The position numbers and the translations under genes are program-made. Below are positions 1 through 13,000 of a DNA stretch of 64,000 bases, one piece after another. The number at the start of each line of letters is the position of its first letter. The stretch's first letter is position 1. Origin of the DNA: Chiloscyllium plagiosum (taxonomy: Eukaryota); assembly GCF_004010195.1 (NCBI RefSeq), contig NC_057746.1, positions 34,631,086 through 34,695,085 of the forward strand, written 5' to 3'. The notes under the pieces were generated by a model, which searched no databases, was not told where the DNA came from, and was given only the letters and a program-made list of their open reading frames with translations.

Positions 1-1020
1 GATAGGTTGGGGGGGTGTTTGGAGCAGATAGTTTGAAAGGAGGATGGACAGGTAGGACAGTTTAAAAGGGTGGTGCCGAATTGGAGGGTTGGATCTGGGA
101 TGAGGTGGGGGGGAGGAGAGATGAGGAAACTGGTGAAATCGACATTGATGCCTTGTGGTTGGAGGGTCCCAAGGTGGAAAATGAGGCATTCTTCCTCCAG
201 GTGCCGAGTGGCTTGGATTTGGTGGTGGAGGCGCCACAGGACTTGCATGTCCTTGGTGGAGCTGGAAGGAGAGTTGAAGTGTTCGGCTGCAGGGCAGCGT
301 GGTTGTTTGGTGCGTGAGTCCCAGAGATGTTCTCTGAAATGTTCTGCGAGTTGGCATCCTGTCTCCTCAATGTAGACGAGAGCACATTGAGAGCAATGAA
401 CACAGTAGATGAGATATTTAGATGTGCAGGGAAATCCCTGCCAGATGTGAAAGAATCCTTTGGGGCCTTGGACAGGGGTGAGGGGGGCAGGTGTGGGCGC
501 AGGTTTTACACCTCTTGCTGCAGCATGGGAAGGTGCCAAGAGTGGAGGGTGGGTTAGTGGGAAGTGCGGATTTAACGGGGGAGTGGGCTCTGTGGAACGC
601 TGATCGGGGTGGAAGGGAAATACAGTACATCTCTGGTAATGGGGTCTGATTGTAGGTGGTGGAAATGGCAGAGGATAATGCATTGTATCTGGTGATTAGT
701 GGGGTGGAAAGTGAGGACTCGGGGGGGGGGGTTCAATCCTTGTTGCAGTTGGAGGGGTGGGTTCAAGGGTGGAGGTGCAAGAAGTGGAGGAGATGCACTG
801 GAGGGTGTTGTTGACTATGTGGGAGGGGAAATTGACGTGCTTGAAATAGGAGGCCGTCTGGGATGTCCTGGAGCGGAATTGTTCCTTCTGTGAGCAAAAA
901 TGGCAGAGGTGAAAGAATTGGGAGTAAGGGTCAGCGTTTTTACAGGAGTGGGGTGGGGCACGTGGTTGTTCCTCAGATGCTGCCTGACCTGCTGTGCTTT
1001 TCCAGCACCACACTTTTTGA
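1..1020 (-). mobile_element. Penelope-like element fragment
   Basis: PYSQF, FPSHIV, VLTFHPTN..IQCIILCHF motifs, same family as 3300-3585 and 51050-52745. Confidence 0.8.
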
Positions 1021-3009
1021 CAATACCAGATTAGTAAAGCTTGCTCTCTGGTCAGTTCCAAAATGTACCCTCTAAAACCTAGTCTGAAAACATTCTATGA
1101 AGTCCTAACCTAGACTAGTGTTGCTTATCTTTTTCACCTTACTGTGCTCACCCGATTTTTCCAGTCCCTGAGCACTTACATAGAGTTGTATAGCATGGAA
1201 ACAGACCCTTTGGTACAACCCGTCCATGCAGACCACATATCCTCAATTTATCTCGACCCAATTACCAGCATTTGGGCCTGTTCACTCTAAATCCCTTCTA
1301 TTCATGCTCAGTTTGAGTTGGTCAATGGTACAAAACAAATTCCTGGTAATGACCATCTCCAATAAGAGATCATCTAACCATCACCCCTTGATCTTCAATG
1401 ACCATTGCTGAATCCTTCATTTTCAATGTCCTGGTGCTTACTATTGATTAGAAGCTGAACTAGTCTAGCCATATAAATACTGTGGTTACTGTGGTTAGTT
1501 GCTAGGAATTCAGCAGTAAATAATTCACCTCCAGACTCCACAAAGCCAGCTCAGCATCAACAAGCTACAAGTCAGGAGAAGGGTAGAATATTCCCTACTT
1601 GCAGTTTCAAAAATAGTTAAGAAACTCAAACCAATCCAGGACAAAGCATCCTGCTTGATTGACAAATCCATGCACCAACTTCAACGTTCATGAATGCCAC
1701 CACCAATGCACAGCGTCATTTACAAGATGCTAGGAAAGTTCCTTCCAAACCCATGACCCAGAAGGACAAGGGCATCAGACACATGGGAATACCTGCAAGT
1801 TCCCCTCCAAGCCACTCCCATCCTGACTTGGAAATATATCACCGTTTCTTCAGTGTCACTGGGTCAAAATCCTGAAACTCCTTCCCTAACAACATTGTGG
1901 GTGTGCCTACATCTGGTAGTGGTTCAAGGAAGTGTCACCAGGGTACTTCTCCAGAGAATTAAGGATAGTCAATAAATATTAGTCTAACCAATGTCATGCA
2001 CATCCTACAAATTCACAAAACAAAGTTTTAAGATTCCTAACCTGGTGCAGACATTCACTAGCAGTGAATCTGAATCAAAAGATATGTGAGTGGGATCTCT
2101 GGGACCCAAGCGGGTTTCTTAAAAGGAGAGAAACCAGAGTTAATGTTCTGAGTCTAAAATAACCTGTACAGTGTGGAAGCACAGTCATTCCAGACTTGAA
2201 ATGGTTAACTCTGTTTCTCTGTCCACAGATGCTGCCAGAACTGCTACATTTTTCCAGCGCTGGGGTTTTAATTTCAGGACTCCAACATCTGTACTACTGT
2301 ACATTTGTTCTGAAGGGCGGGATCAGTTTGAGTTCCTGCTCAGCAAAAGAATGTTTTTGTGTTTTTAATCATGACTTGTTCTAACGATGTTCTGGTTCTG
2401 CTGTGCAGTGTAACATTTTAGCAATTTCCTTGCCCTCTGCTAGCCTGACTGATTCTGGGAGTCATTTAAGTCTCCTTAGAGCAAAGTGGTCAGGAGTAGT
2501 GGATTGGATTCATTTGGCATTCTGTAAACACTATGATTTTGGCAAGAAAGAGGAGTTTGAGAAGATGTAGGCACATATGACTCAAGACATCTGATCCATC
2601 ACTGGAGAACACAACTAGCCGAATTTGTCAGATTAGACCGAAATTTAAAGGCTCCACCTCACAAGAGCAGCTGTCCTCATGTACAAAGCACCTTTCACAG
2701 GTCTACAGTGACACTAGGCATCCCAGAGACAATAAATGACTTTTGAAATTGAGTCATTAATTGTACAAATATAGAGAGCTCGTAATCAGCAGGGTGAGCT
2801 ATTATTGGAGTATGCTTAGCTGAAATAAAGCTCTCACTACAACTGTGCACTGAGACAGTTCAAAAACAGGTATTTTCTTGGATATGACAATTGTTGTTAT
2901 GTAGCTCCCAATTTCAACATTTTAAAATCATAAAGAAACAAATGTAAATGATATAGCAATTTGAAGAAGGTTCTCAATTCTGAAGAAGGGTCATGAGACT
3001 CAAACTGTT

Positions 3010-4710
3010 GATTACAACAGGATCTTGACCAGGTGGGCCAATGGTCTGAGAAGTGGCAGATGGAGTTTAATTCAGATAAATCCGAGGTGCTGCATTTTGG
3101 GAAAGCAAATCTTAACAGGACTTATACACTTAATGGTAATGTCCTGGGGAGTGTTGCTGAACAAAGAGACCTTGGAGTGCAGGTTCATAGCTCGTTGAAA
3201 GTGGAGTCGCAGGTAGATAGGATAGTGAAGGAGGCGTTTGGTATGCTTTCCTTTATTGTTCAGAGTATTGAGTACAGGAGTTGGGAGGTCATGTTGCGGC
3301 TCTGCTCCCAGGAGGATCAGTTCCATCACAGAACTCACCAGATGGCCTCCTTCTTTAGAGACCGCAATTTCCCTTCCCACGTGGTTAAAGATGCCCTCCA
3401 ACGCACCTCGTCCACATCTCGCACCTCTGCCCTCAGACCCCACCCCTCCAACCGTAACAAGGACAGAACACCCCTGGTGCTCACCTTCCACCCTACCAAC
3501 CTTCGCATAAACCAAATCATCCGCCGACATTTCTGCCACCTCCAAAAAGACCCCACCACCAGAGATATATTTCCCTCCCCACCCCNNNNNNNNNNNNNNN
3601 NNNNNNNNNNNNNNNNNNNNNNNNNNNNNNNNNNNNNNNNNNNNNNNNNNNNNNNNNNNNNNNNNNNNNNNNNNNNNNNNNNNNNNNNNNNNNNNNNNNN
3701 NNNNNNNNNNNNNNNNNNNNNNNNNNNNNNNNNNNNNNNNNNNNNNNNNNNNNNNNNNNNNNNNNNNNNNNNNNNNNNNNNNNNNNNNNNNNNNNNNNNN
3801 NNNNNNNNNNNNNNNNNNNNNNNNNNNNNNNNNNNNNNNNNNNNNNNNNNNNNNNNNNNNNNNNNNNNNNNNNNNNNNNNNNNNNNNNNNNNNNNNNNNN
3901 NNNNNNNNNNNNNNNNNNNNNNNNNNNNNNNNNNNNNNNNNNNNNNNNNNNNNNNNNNNNNNNNNNNNNNNNNNNNNNNNNNNNNNNNNNNNNNNNNNNN
4001 NNNNNNNNNNNNNNNNNNNNNNNNNNNNNNNNNNNNNNNNNNNNNNNNNNNNNNNNNNNNNNNNNNNNNNNNNNNNNNNNNNNNNNNNNNNNNNNNNNNN
4101 NNNNNNNNNNNNNNNNNNNNNNNNNNNNNNNNNNNNNNNNNNNNNNNNNNNNNNNNNNNNNNNNNNNNNNNNNNNNNNNNNNNNNNNNNNNNNNNNNNNN
4201 NNGATGTTGTGAAACTTGAAAGGGTTCAGAAAAGATTTACAAGGATGTTGCCAGGGTTGGAGGATCTGAGCTACAGGGAGAGGCTGAACAGGTTGGGGCT
4301 GTTTTCCCTGGAGCGTCGGAGGCTGAGGGGTGACCTTATAGAGGTTTACAAAATTATGAGGGGCATGGATAGGATAAATAGGCAAAGTCTTTTCCCTGGA
4401 GCCCGGGAGTCCAGAACTAGTGAGCATAGGTTTAGGGTGAGAGGGGAAAGATATAAAAGAGACCTAAGGGGCAACTTTTTCACGCAGAGGGTGGTACGTG
4501 TATGGAATGAGCTGCCAGAAGATGTGGTGGAGGCTGATAGAATTGCAACATTTGAGAGGGATTTGGATGGGTATATGAATAGGAAGGGTTTGGAGGGATA
4601 TGGGCCAGGTGCTGGCAGGTGGGACTAGATTGGGTTGGGATATTTGGTTGGCATGGACAGGTTGGACTGAAGGGTCTGTTTCCATGCTGTACATCTCTGT
4701 GACTCTATGT
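3010..4710 (+). mobile_element. CR1/HER1 3' fragment interrupted by a Penelope fragment (3300-3585) and an N-gap
   Basis: KWQMEFN..RDLGVQVH (CR1), then PLVLTFHPTN (Penelope), then LERVQKRFTRM..RGDLIEVYK (CR1). Confidence 0.85.
3586..4202. other. Assembly gap (others at 6834-7333, 8599-9187, 17130-17183)
   Basis: Runs of N. Confidence 1.
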
Positions 4711-5653
4711 TAACTCTGCCTTCTCTTCACAGATGCTGCCAGACTTGCTGAGTTTCTCCAGCAAATTCTGGTTTTGTAGCAAATTGAGTTCTTTTGCTTA
4801 AAACTGGCCTTGGTTCAGGGATAAATGGGAGAGCAGCCCAGCACCTTGACCATATATCTGAATCTATTCTGACTATATATTGCCGTTCCTTCACTGTTGC
4901 TGGGTCAAAATGCTCGAATTAACCTCCGCAAGAATACATTGGGTGTTTCTAATCTCCAGGCATTGCAGCATTTCAGGAAGGCAGCTCAGCGAAGCCAGTG
5001 ATGCTCTAGTAACATGTGTATTTTTAAGAAATGACTGTTTTAGCTGCTTTTAAGGAAAACAAATAAAGTTATGCATTGATTTTTACAAAAAGAACATCTT
5101 AAATTGCTTTACAGTCAAAAAAGTACTGTCAAAGTGCAGTTATAATCATAATGTGGGAAACATATAGGTAACTGTGTCAAACTGGCGAAAGTGAGGACTG
5201 CAGATGCTGGAGATCACAGTCAACATTAGAGTGGTATTGGAAAAGCACAGCAAGTCAGACAGCTTCTCAGATGCTGCCTGACCTGCTGTGCTTTTCCAAC
5301 TCCCTCAAACAACAGTGATAAATGCTTAGACAATCTGTTTCAATGATGATGGCTGAAGGAAATACATTTAGTCAGAGATAAAAAAACCTGCAGATTCTGG
5401 AATCCAAAGTAGTCAGTCAGGAGGCTGGAAAAAACACAGCAAGCCAGGCTGCATCAGGAGTGTAGAAGTTTCGGGTTACACCTTCTGATGCTGCCTGGCT
5501 TGCTGTGTTCTTTCAGCCTCCTGCCTGTCTAATTCAGCAGGTAGAAGCAGAGTTGAAAAACAGGTTGGACAAAAAGAGAAAACACATACACATATGTTTC
5601 ACAGGAATAACAAAATGGTTTCTTTACTTAAACAAATTGCAATTATTTCTTAC

Positions 5654-5772
5654 CTATAACAAAATAGGAACCTAAAGACGCAAATAATAGAAGATGCTTC
5701 ATTTTTATGCTTGGTGATTGAAGTGATATAACACTTTGGCAAAAGAAGTCATAATTCAGTTCCAAATCAAAC
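5654..5772 (-). other. Candidate signal-peptide (leader) exon of an unidentified gene
   Basis: ttttacag| at 5772; aaaATG at 5702; 49 coding nt MKHLLLFASLGSYFVI(G); phase-1 donor TAG|gtaaga. No downstream exon found. Confidence 0.35.
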
Positions 5773-6159
5773 CTGTAAAATATTTTAAATATGAAGGACA
5801 TAGAATTATTTCTTCCCTTTAATATTACTTTGACGTCCGAGAAGAAGCATTTCTGGTTACTGTTAATTCAGTTGGTTAATTCTTGTCTAAACTTTGCAAT
5901 ACAACAGCCTCCATTTGACTCACAATGGAAAATTGTTGGCATTTGACTGCCATTTATTGCTGACTCTGAGTTAGGTTTAACTCTGCAGCCTCTTAGACTG
6001 CTTCAGGAAGCAGTTGGTGATCATAGTGGAATGGGCTTGGAATTATGTTTAGGCATCACCCTGTTTAGGATGATGTTTCCTTCACTGAAAAACATCAGTT
6101 CTGGTTAGGTTTTTACAACAATCGTTTATAGTGCTTGTTATCATCATGTTACTTTAATT

Positions 6160-6833
6160 CACTCATGGGATGTGGGCATTACTAACTGGGCCAGCATTTA
6201 CTGCCATTCCCTAGTTGCCCCTTGTGAAGGTGGTGGTGAGCTGCCTTTTTTGTAACACGGCAGTCCATGTACAAGGATATTGCCAGGGTTGGAGGATTTG
6301 AGCTATAGGGAGAGGTTGAATTGGCTGGGGTTGCTTTCCCTGAAGTGTCGGAGGCTGAGGGGTGACCTTGTAGAAGATTGTAAAATCATGAGGGGCATGG
6401 ATAGGGTAAATAGATAAGGTCTTTTCCTGGGGTGGAGGAGTGCAGAACTAGAGGGCATAGGTTTAGGGTGAGAGGGAAAGATATAAAAGAGACCTAAGGG
6501 GCAACTTTTTCACGCAGAGGGTGGCATGTGTATGGAATGAGCTGCCAGAGGAAGTGGTGGAGGCTGGTACAATTACAACATTTAAAAGGCATTTGGATGG
6601 ATATATGAATAGGAAAGGTTTGGAGGGATATGGGCCAGGTGCTGGCAGGTGGGACGAGATTGGGTTGGGATATCTGGTCGACATGGATGAGTTGGACCAA
6701 AGGGTCTGTTTCCGCTGTACATCTCTATGACTCTATGTGCTGTAGGTTGACCCATAATGCTCTTAGGGAGGGAAGTCCAGGATTTTGACGCAGTAACAGT
6801 GAAAGACTGGTGATATATTCCCAAGTCAGGATG
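6160..6833. mobile_element. CR1/HER1 3' end (6271-6735) nested in another LINE tail
   Basis: Nearly the same tail as 4203-4710; ATGT on both sides. Confidence 0.8.
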
Positions 6834-7544
6834 NNNNNNNNNNNNNNNNNNNNNNNNNNNNNNNNNNNNNNNNNNNNNNNNNNNNNNNNNNNNNNNNNNN
6901 NNNNNNNNNNNNNNNNNNNNNNNNNNNNNNNNNNNNNNNNNNNNNNNNNNNNNNNNNNNNNNNNNNNNNNNNNNNNNNNNNNNNNNNNNNNNNNNNNNNN
7001 NNNNNNNNNNNNNNNNNNNNNNNNNNNNNNNNNNNNNNNNNNNNNNNNNNNNNNNNNNNNNNNNNNNNNNNNNNNNNNNNNNNNNNNNNNNNNNNNNNNN
7101 NNNNNNNNNNNNNNNNNNNNNNNNNNNNNNNNNNNNNNNNNNNNNNNNNNNNNNNNNNNNNNNNNNNNNNNNNNNNNNNNNNNNNNNNNNNNNNNNNNNN
7201 NNNNNNNNNNNNNNNNNNNNNNNNNNNNNNNNNNNNNNNNNNNNNNNNNNNNNNNNNNNNNNNNNNNNNNNNNNNNNNNNNNNNNNNNNNNNNNNNNNNN
7301 NNNNNNNNNNNNNNNNNNNNNNNNNNNNNNNNNCTGGTCACTGCTGGGGTGAGTAACAATCCTGGTTCTCTCGCTGACTCATAGCCCTGCTACAATTTGC
7401 TGTGAAATCCAAAATCTTCGTTTTTAAATGAACTATGAGATTAAGTGACATTTGATCAATGTGATGAATATCAGATCGCTTTAAAATGTGGTTCCAGTGA
7501 GCTTTCACAGGAAGGGAAAGATATGTGGAGCCTCGACACCCCTG

Positions 7545-7882
7545 CTCAGTCTCCCTCTCCCTCAGTCTCCTCTCCCATCCCCCCCTCCCTCCGTCTCGCT
7601 CTCCCTCCCTCTCCCTCCCCCTCCTCCGTCCTCGTCTCCCTTCTTTCTTCCCCCACTCTCCCCTTCCCTCCCACCTCTCCCTCAGTCTCCCTCTCTTTCC
7701 TTCCCTCCTTCCCCGTCAGTCTCCCTCTCCATCCTTCCTTCCCTCTCTCCCTCCTTCTGTCACCCCTCTCCCTCAGTCTCCCTCTCCCTCTCTATCAGTT
7801 TGTCACTCCCACGTCTCCCTCAGTCTCCCTCTCCCTTCCCCTTCTCCCTCAGTCTCCCTCTCCCTTCTTCACTCCCACCTCA
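7545..7882 (+). repeat. Polypyrimidine low-complexity tract
   Basis: tctccctcagtctccc-type runs. Confidence 0.9.
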
Positions 7883-7894
7883 TGATGAATGGGA

Positions 7895-8237
7895 AAAGTG
7901 ACCTTGTAGAGATTTATAAAATCATGAGGGGCATGGATAGGGTAAATAGACAAGGTCGTTTCCCTGGAGTGGGGGAGTCCGGAGCTAGAGGGCATAGGTT
8001 TAAGGTGAGAGGGGAAAGATATAAGGGGCAACGTTTTCACACAGAGGGTGGTACGTGTATGGAATGACCTGCCAGAGGATGTGGTGGAGGCTGGTACAAT
8101 TACAGCATTTAAGAGGCATCTGGATGGGTATATGAATAGGAAGGGTTTGGAGGGATATGGGCCAAATGAGACTGGAGTAGGTTAGGATATCTGGTCAGCA
8201 TGGATGGTTTCCGTGCTGTATGTCTTTATGACTCTAA
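7895..8237 (+). mobile_element. CR1/HER1 3' end
   Basis: DLVEIYKIMRGMDRVN and the conserved tail. Confidence 0.85.
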
Positions 8238-9868
8238 CTGATGGTGAGTGGAGCCACTGATGTGTGATTGGGGGGTGATGGTTAATGATAATGGGGCTAT
8301 TGATGGCAGTGGTGGGGGTGGTGGGGGGGGGGGAGCCAGTGATGGTTCACATGGCCTTTCAATCCACCTTTGCCCTGGATGAGTTTTATGAGTGTCTGTG
8401 AGAGAATTGACGTGAGACCTGGCTGACTCTAACTATTCCCCCCCCCCCCGCTCCCAACTTCCCTCTCAAATCCCTTCAAACATTTCCAGGACTGCAATCC
8501 ATCCATATCCTGAAACCTGAACTGTCAATTTCACCCTCGGAATACCCGCAGCTTGTTCGAGGGAATATTCACTGCACTCTTCCATCCCCACCCCCCCCNN
8601 NNNNNNNNNNNNNNNNNNNNNNNNNNNNNNNNNNNNNNNNNNNNNNNNNNNNNNNNNNNNNNNNNNNNNNNNNNNNNNNNNNNNNNNNNNNNNNNNNNNN
8701 NNNNNNNNNNNNNNNNNNNNNNNNNNNNNNNNNNNNNNNNNNNNNNNNNNNNNNNNNNNNNNNNNNNNNNNNNNNNNNNNNNNNNNNNNNNNNNNNNNNN
8801 NNNNNNNNNNNNNNNNNNNNNNNNNNNNNNNNNNNNNNNNNNNNNNNNNNNNNNNNNNNNNNNNNNNNNNNNNNNNNNNNNNNNNNNNNNNNNNNNNNNN
8901 NNNNNNNNNNNNNNNNNNNNNNNNNNNNNNNNNNNNNNNNNNNNNNNNNNNNNNNNNNNNNNNNNNNNNNNNNNNNNNNNNNNNNNNNNNNNNNNNNNNN
9001 NNNNNNNNNNNNNNNNNNNNNNNNNNNNNNNNNNNNNNNNNNNNNNNNNNNNNNNNNNNNNNNNNNNNNNNNNNNNNNNNNNNNNNNNNNNNNNNNNNNN
9101 NNNNNNNNNNNNNNNNNNNNNNNNNNNNNNNNNNNNNNNNNNNNNNNNNNNNNNNNNNNNNNNNNNNNNNNNNNNNNNNNNNNNNNNCAGACACACACTC
9201 TCTCACTCTATCACACACACTCTCACTCACACACACGCACACAAACACACTCACTCACTCACAGAGACAGACACTCTCTCTGTCACAGATACACACTCTC
9301 ACACACACACACACTCACATACACACACACTCACATACCCACAGACACACACACACTCTCTCCCTCTCTCTCTCTCTCACTGACTTACACGCTCAGTGGC
9401 GTACACAGTCACAGACAGACCCCACTCTTCAGAACATTGGCAGGATAGTCACAGACAGGATAGTGCCGGGTGTGTATGAGGGGTGGATCAGGAAAGTGGC
9501 AGGGATGAACAGTTCCACAGCTGGGAAAATGAAGGCGGGGGGAAGGAGTGAAAGGGACTGAGCCGGGCTGTGACCAAAACCGGAGGGAAGAATGTCACTC
9601 CTCTGAGTCAGACGTCTTGCATGTGGGTGACCTTTGAGTGAGAAAGGTGCCGAGGATGAATTCTGTTGGTCTCACGTCCCCAATCATCACGGGGAGTTTT
9701 TGTATGTCATCACAGTTAGTCAGAGGGTGACAGAGACCAGGGAGCTGCCGATGACAGACTGAGTTTCAGTCTGATGAACTGAAAGTCCCGGGGTTTAGTA
9801 ACCAGCCCTCTGTCCTACTCTTTCTGGTTACTCAGGGTTAAAGCAGAGGGCTCCTGACTTGCCTGGCC

Positions 9869-10095
9869 ATGAGCTTGCTGTTTGTGAAACAAGCAGACAG
9901 CTTCCTGAGGAGCTGGAAGGGTTCTCTGTCCATGAAGGAAGCTGGTGAAGATCAGAAGGACTGGCACCACGATACCAGGGCCGACCAGGGATTCGACCAC
10001 AAATACTACTGCGGGGCGTGTGAGCACCTGATGAGGGACCCTGTTCAAACAGAGTGCGGCCACCGTTTCTGCCTGGAATGTCACTGGGCCCTCCT
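9869..10095 (+). CDS. TRAF2-like: TRAF2-like coding exon 1 (N-terminus and RING start)
   Basis: gccATG at 9869, acceptor ctcag| at 9835, donor CT|gtaagt at 10096; [25 protein letters not shown]. Confidence 0.9.
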
Positions 10096-13000
10096 GTAAG
10101 TTTCCATTGGGTATACACCGGGCCCTCCTGTAAGTTTCCACTGAGTATACACTGGGGGCGTCCTGTAAGTTTCCACTGAGTATACACTGGGGGCGTCCTG
10201 TAAGTTTCCATTGAGTATACACCGGGACCTCCTGTAAGTTTCCATTGAGTATACACTGGGCCCTCCTGTGTGTTTCCATTGGGTATACACTGGAGCTCTC
10301 CTGTAAGTTTTCATTGGGTATACACCGGGACCTCCTGTAAGTTTCCACTGGGTATACACTGGAGCATTCCTGTAAGTTTCCATTGGGTATACACTGGGCC
10401 CTCCTGTGAGTTTCCATTGGGTATACAATGGGCCCTCCTGTAAGTTTCCATTGAGTATACACCGGGACATCCTGTAAGTTTCCATTGGGTATACATTGGG
10501 GCCCTCCTGTAAGTTTCCATTGGGTATACACTCAAGTCCTCCTGTGAGTTTCCATTGGGTATACACTGGGGCCCTCCTGTAAGTTTCCATTGGGTATACA
10601 CTGGGGGCCTCCTGTAAGTTTCCATTGGGTATACATTGGGTCCCTCCTGTGAGTTTCCATTGGGTATACACTCAAGTCCTCCTGTAAGTTTCCATTGGGT
10701 ATACACTGGGGCCCTCCTGTAAGTTTCCATTGGGTATACACTGGGGGCCTCCTGTAAGTTTCCATTGAATATACACCGGGGCTCTCCTGCGTGTTTCCAT
10801 TGGGTATACACCGGGACCTCCTGTAAGTTTCCATTGGATATACACTCGAGCCCCCCTGTAAGTTTCCATTGGGTATACACTGGGGCCCTCCTGTAAGTTT
10901 CCATTGGGTATACACTGGGGCCCTCCTGTGAGTTTCCATTGGGTATACAATGGGCCCCTCTTGTAAGTTTCCATTGAATACACACTGGGGCCCTCCTGCG
11001 TGTTTCCATTGGGTATACACTGGGGCCCTCCTGTAAGTTTCCATTGGGTATACACCGGGGCCCTCCTGTGTGTTTCCATTGGGTATACACTGGGGCCCGC
11101 CTGTGTGTTTCCATTGGGTATACACTGGGGCCCTCCTGTGAGTTTGATCCTTTTAAACACCTCAGTCGATCCTTCCTCATTCTGCTTCATCAGTAGCACC
11201 ATTGGATTGTGCTGTTGCCCCTGAGCTGATGTGTGGAATACCCCGAGTTTGGAGTTCAGCCTCAGATATAGTCTGCCTTTCCCCGAGGAATTGCTCAGGT
11301 TCTCTACATTGGTCGAAGTAACAGTAATAAGGATTATTATTTAAAGGGTAAGACGTTGCAGCATGCTGCTATGCAGGGGGACCTGGGTGTCCTTGTGCAT
11401 GAATCGCAGGAGCTTGGTCTGCTGGTGCAGCAGGTCATTAGGAAGGCCAATGGAATATTATCCTTCATTGCTAACGGGATTGAGTTTAAAAGCAGGGAGG
11501 TTATGTTGCAGCTGTACACGGTGCTGGTGAGAGTATACGTGGAGCTCTGCGTGCAGTTTTGGTCTCCTTTCTTGAGAAAGGATGTATTGGCACTGGAGGG
11601 GGTGCAGAGGAGGGTCACTCGGTTGATTCCAGAGTTGAGGGGGTTGGTTTATGAGGAGAGACTGAGCAGACTGGGATTATATTGATTGGAATCCAGAAGA
11701 ATGAGAGGGGATCTAACAGAAACATATAAAATTATGAAGGGAATGAATGAGCTAGAAGCAGGGAGAATGTTTCCACTGGCAGGTGAAACTAGAATTAGGG
11801 GGCGCAGTCTCAAAATGAGGGGGAGCAGATTTCGGACAGAGCTGAGGAGGAACTTCATCACCCAGGGGGTTGGGAATCTGTGGGCTCCCCTGCAGTTAAG
11901 GCTACTCCCGTTGAATGTTTTTAAGGTAAAGGTAGATTTTGGGACAAATTAGGGGTTACGGTGAGAGGGCAAGTCAGTGGAGCTCAGCCCATGAGAAGAT
12001 CAGCCATGATCTTATGAAATGGTGGAGCAGGCGCGAGGGGCCGAATGGCCTCCTCCTGCTCCAGGTTCTTACCGTCGCTGGTGGAGATGCTGATCTCCCC
12101 ACACTGCCTGCTCTCTGAGCTGGAGCTCAAATCTCCTGCCGATGGTCGTATGAACAAGTGAGAACCTAGGAGTCTCCCCCTGATTGTCAGTTACCGTTGG
12201 ATCGGGAACCCCATGGCCACTGTGTGCACTTTGATTCCCTCTGCTCTGACAGAGAGGTCAGTGAGACAACAGAACCGTTGTGAGGTTTTCGGACGTTGGG
12301 GGCTTTTAGAAATGCAAATGACTCCCCTTTCTCTGACCAGGCCGGAACATTCTGGGCTGGGTGCTGAGCGGGGAAACCTCCTGTTCACTGTCTCGCCGCC
12401 CCCACCCCGGTCCCCAGGACAGTCACGAGAAAGAGAACACCCCACACAACGTCCCAAGGGTGTTTAGCTCTACCCGGACTCAGTGCCATGGAGCATTGGC
12501 GCAGACAGAGATGTGTTATCCATCAGGACCCAATGCAAGAATGCCAAAGAATCAAGACAATTTGCGCTACAGGGGCAAAGGTCATTGCTTGGTGGGCTCT
12601 GATTGGCTGCGGTGTTGCTGTTGAAGAAGGCAGCTATGGGCTCCTGAGGTTTCTTTTATTGGAATAAATCACAGAAGGCGCAAGGCTTAAGCATGTCCCT
12701 TTTGTTTGCGGTGAACACAGGTCCCTATGTGTCAGTTGTTAGTGAGCCCCATTGCAAGCTGGATGGGTGATCTGAGATAGTGTGTTCTTGCTCCTGCAGG
12801 TTCACCCATCACATACTGCCCCAGCAACAGAACCACCTCTCAGTGTCAGCGATTCATTGGCATTTTGCAAACGTGGGCAGGTTGAGCACCTGTCGAGAGC
12901 AGCTGGATTGGGGAGGGGGGGGGGGGGTGGGAAGAGAGAGGACGTGCTGTGTCAGAATTACTGAAGCATTTTGCCTGGCATCAGATTGGCACTGGATTCC

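Noticed and set aside
3033-4628. 531-aa ORF, apparent CR1-Penelope fusion protein
   Set aside because: Spans a 617-nt N-gap; nested transposon fragments that happen to be in frame.
6810-9383. ORFs with poly-X or Pro/Ser/Leu-rich content
   Set aside because: Assembly gaps and a polypyrimidine tract.
9771-9788. CTGATGA-act-GAAA-gtc hammerhead-like string
   Set aside because: No helix II between the core boxes and no Penelope context.
9815-11202. Several long repetitive ORFs on the minus strand (YTQWKLTGG...)
   Set aside because: Translations of the 35-bp minisatellite; frames shift with unit length and there is no gene structure.
12800-12880. Strong acceptor ctcctgcag| as TRAF exon 2
   Set aside because: Encodes no CxxC to finish the RING; the 13284-13362 exon fits in phase and content.
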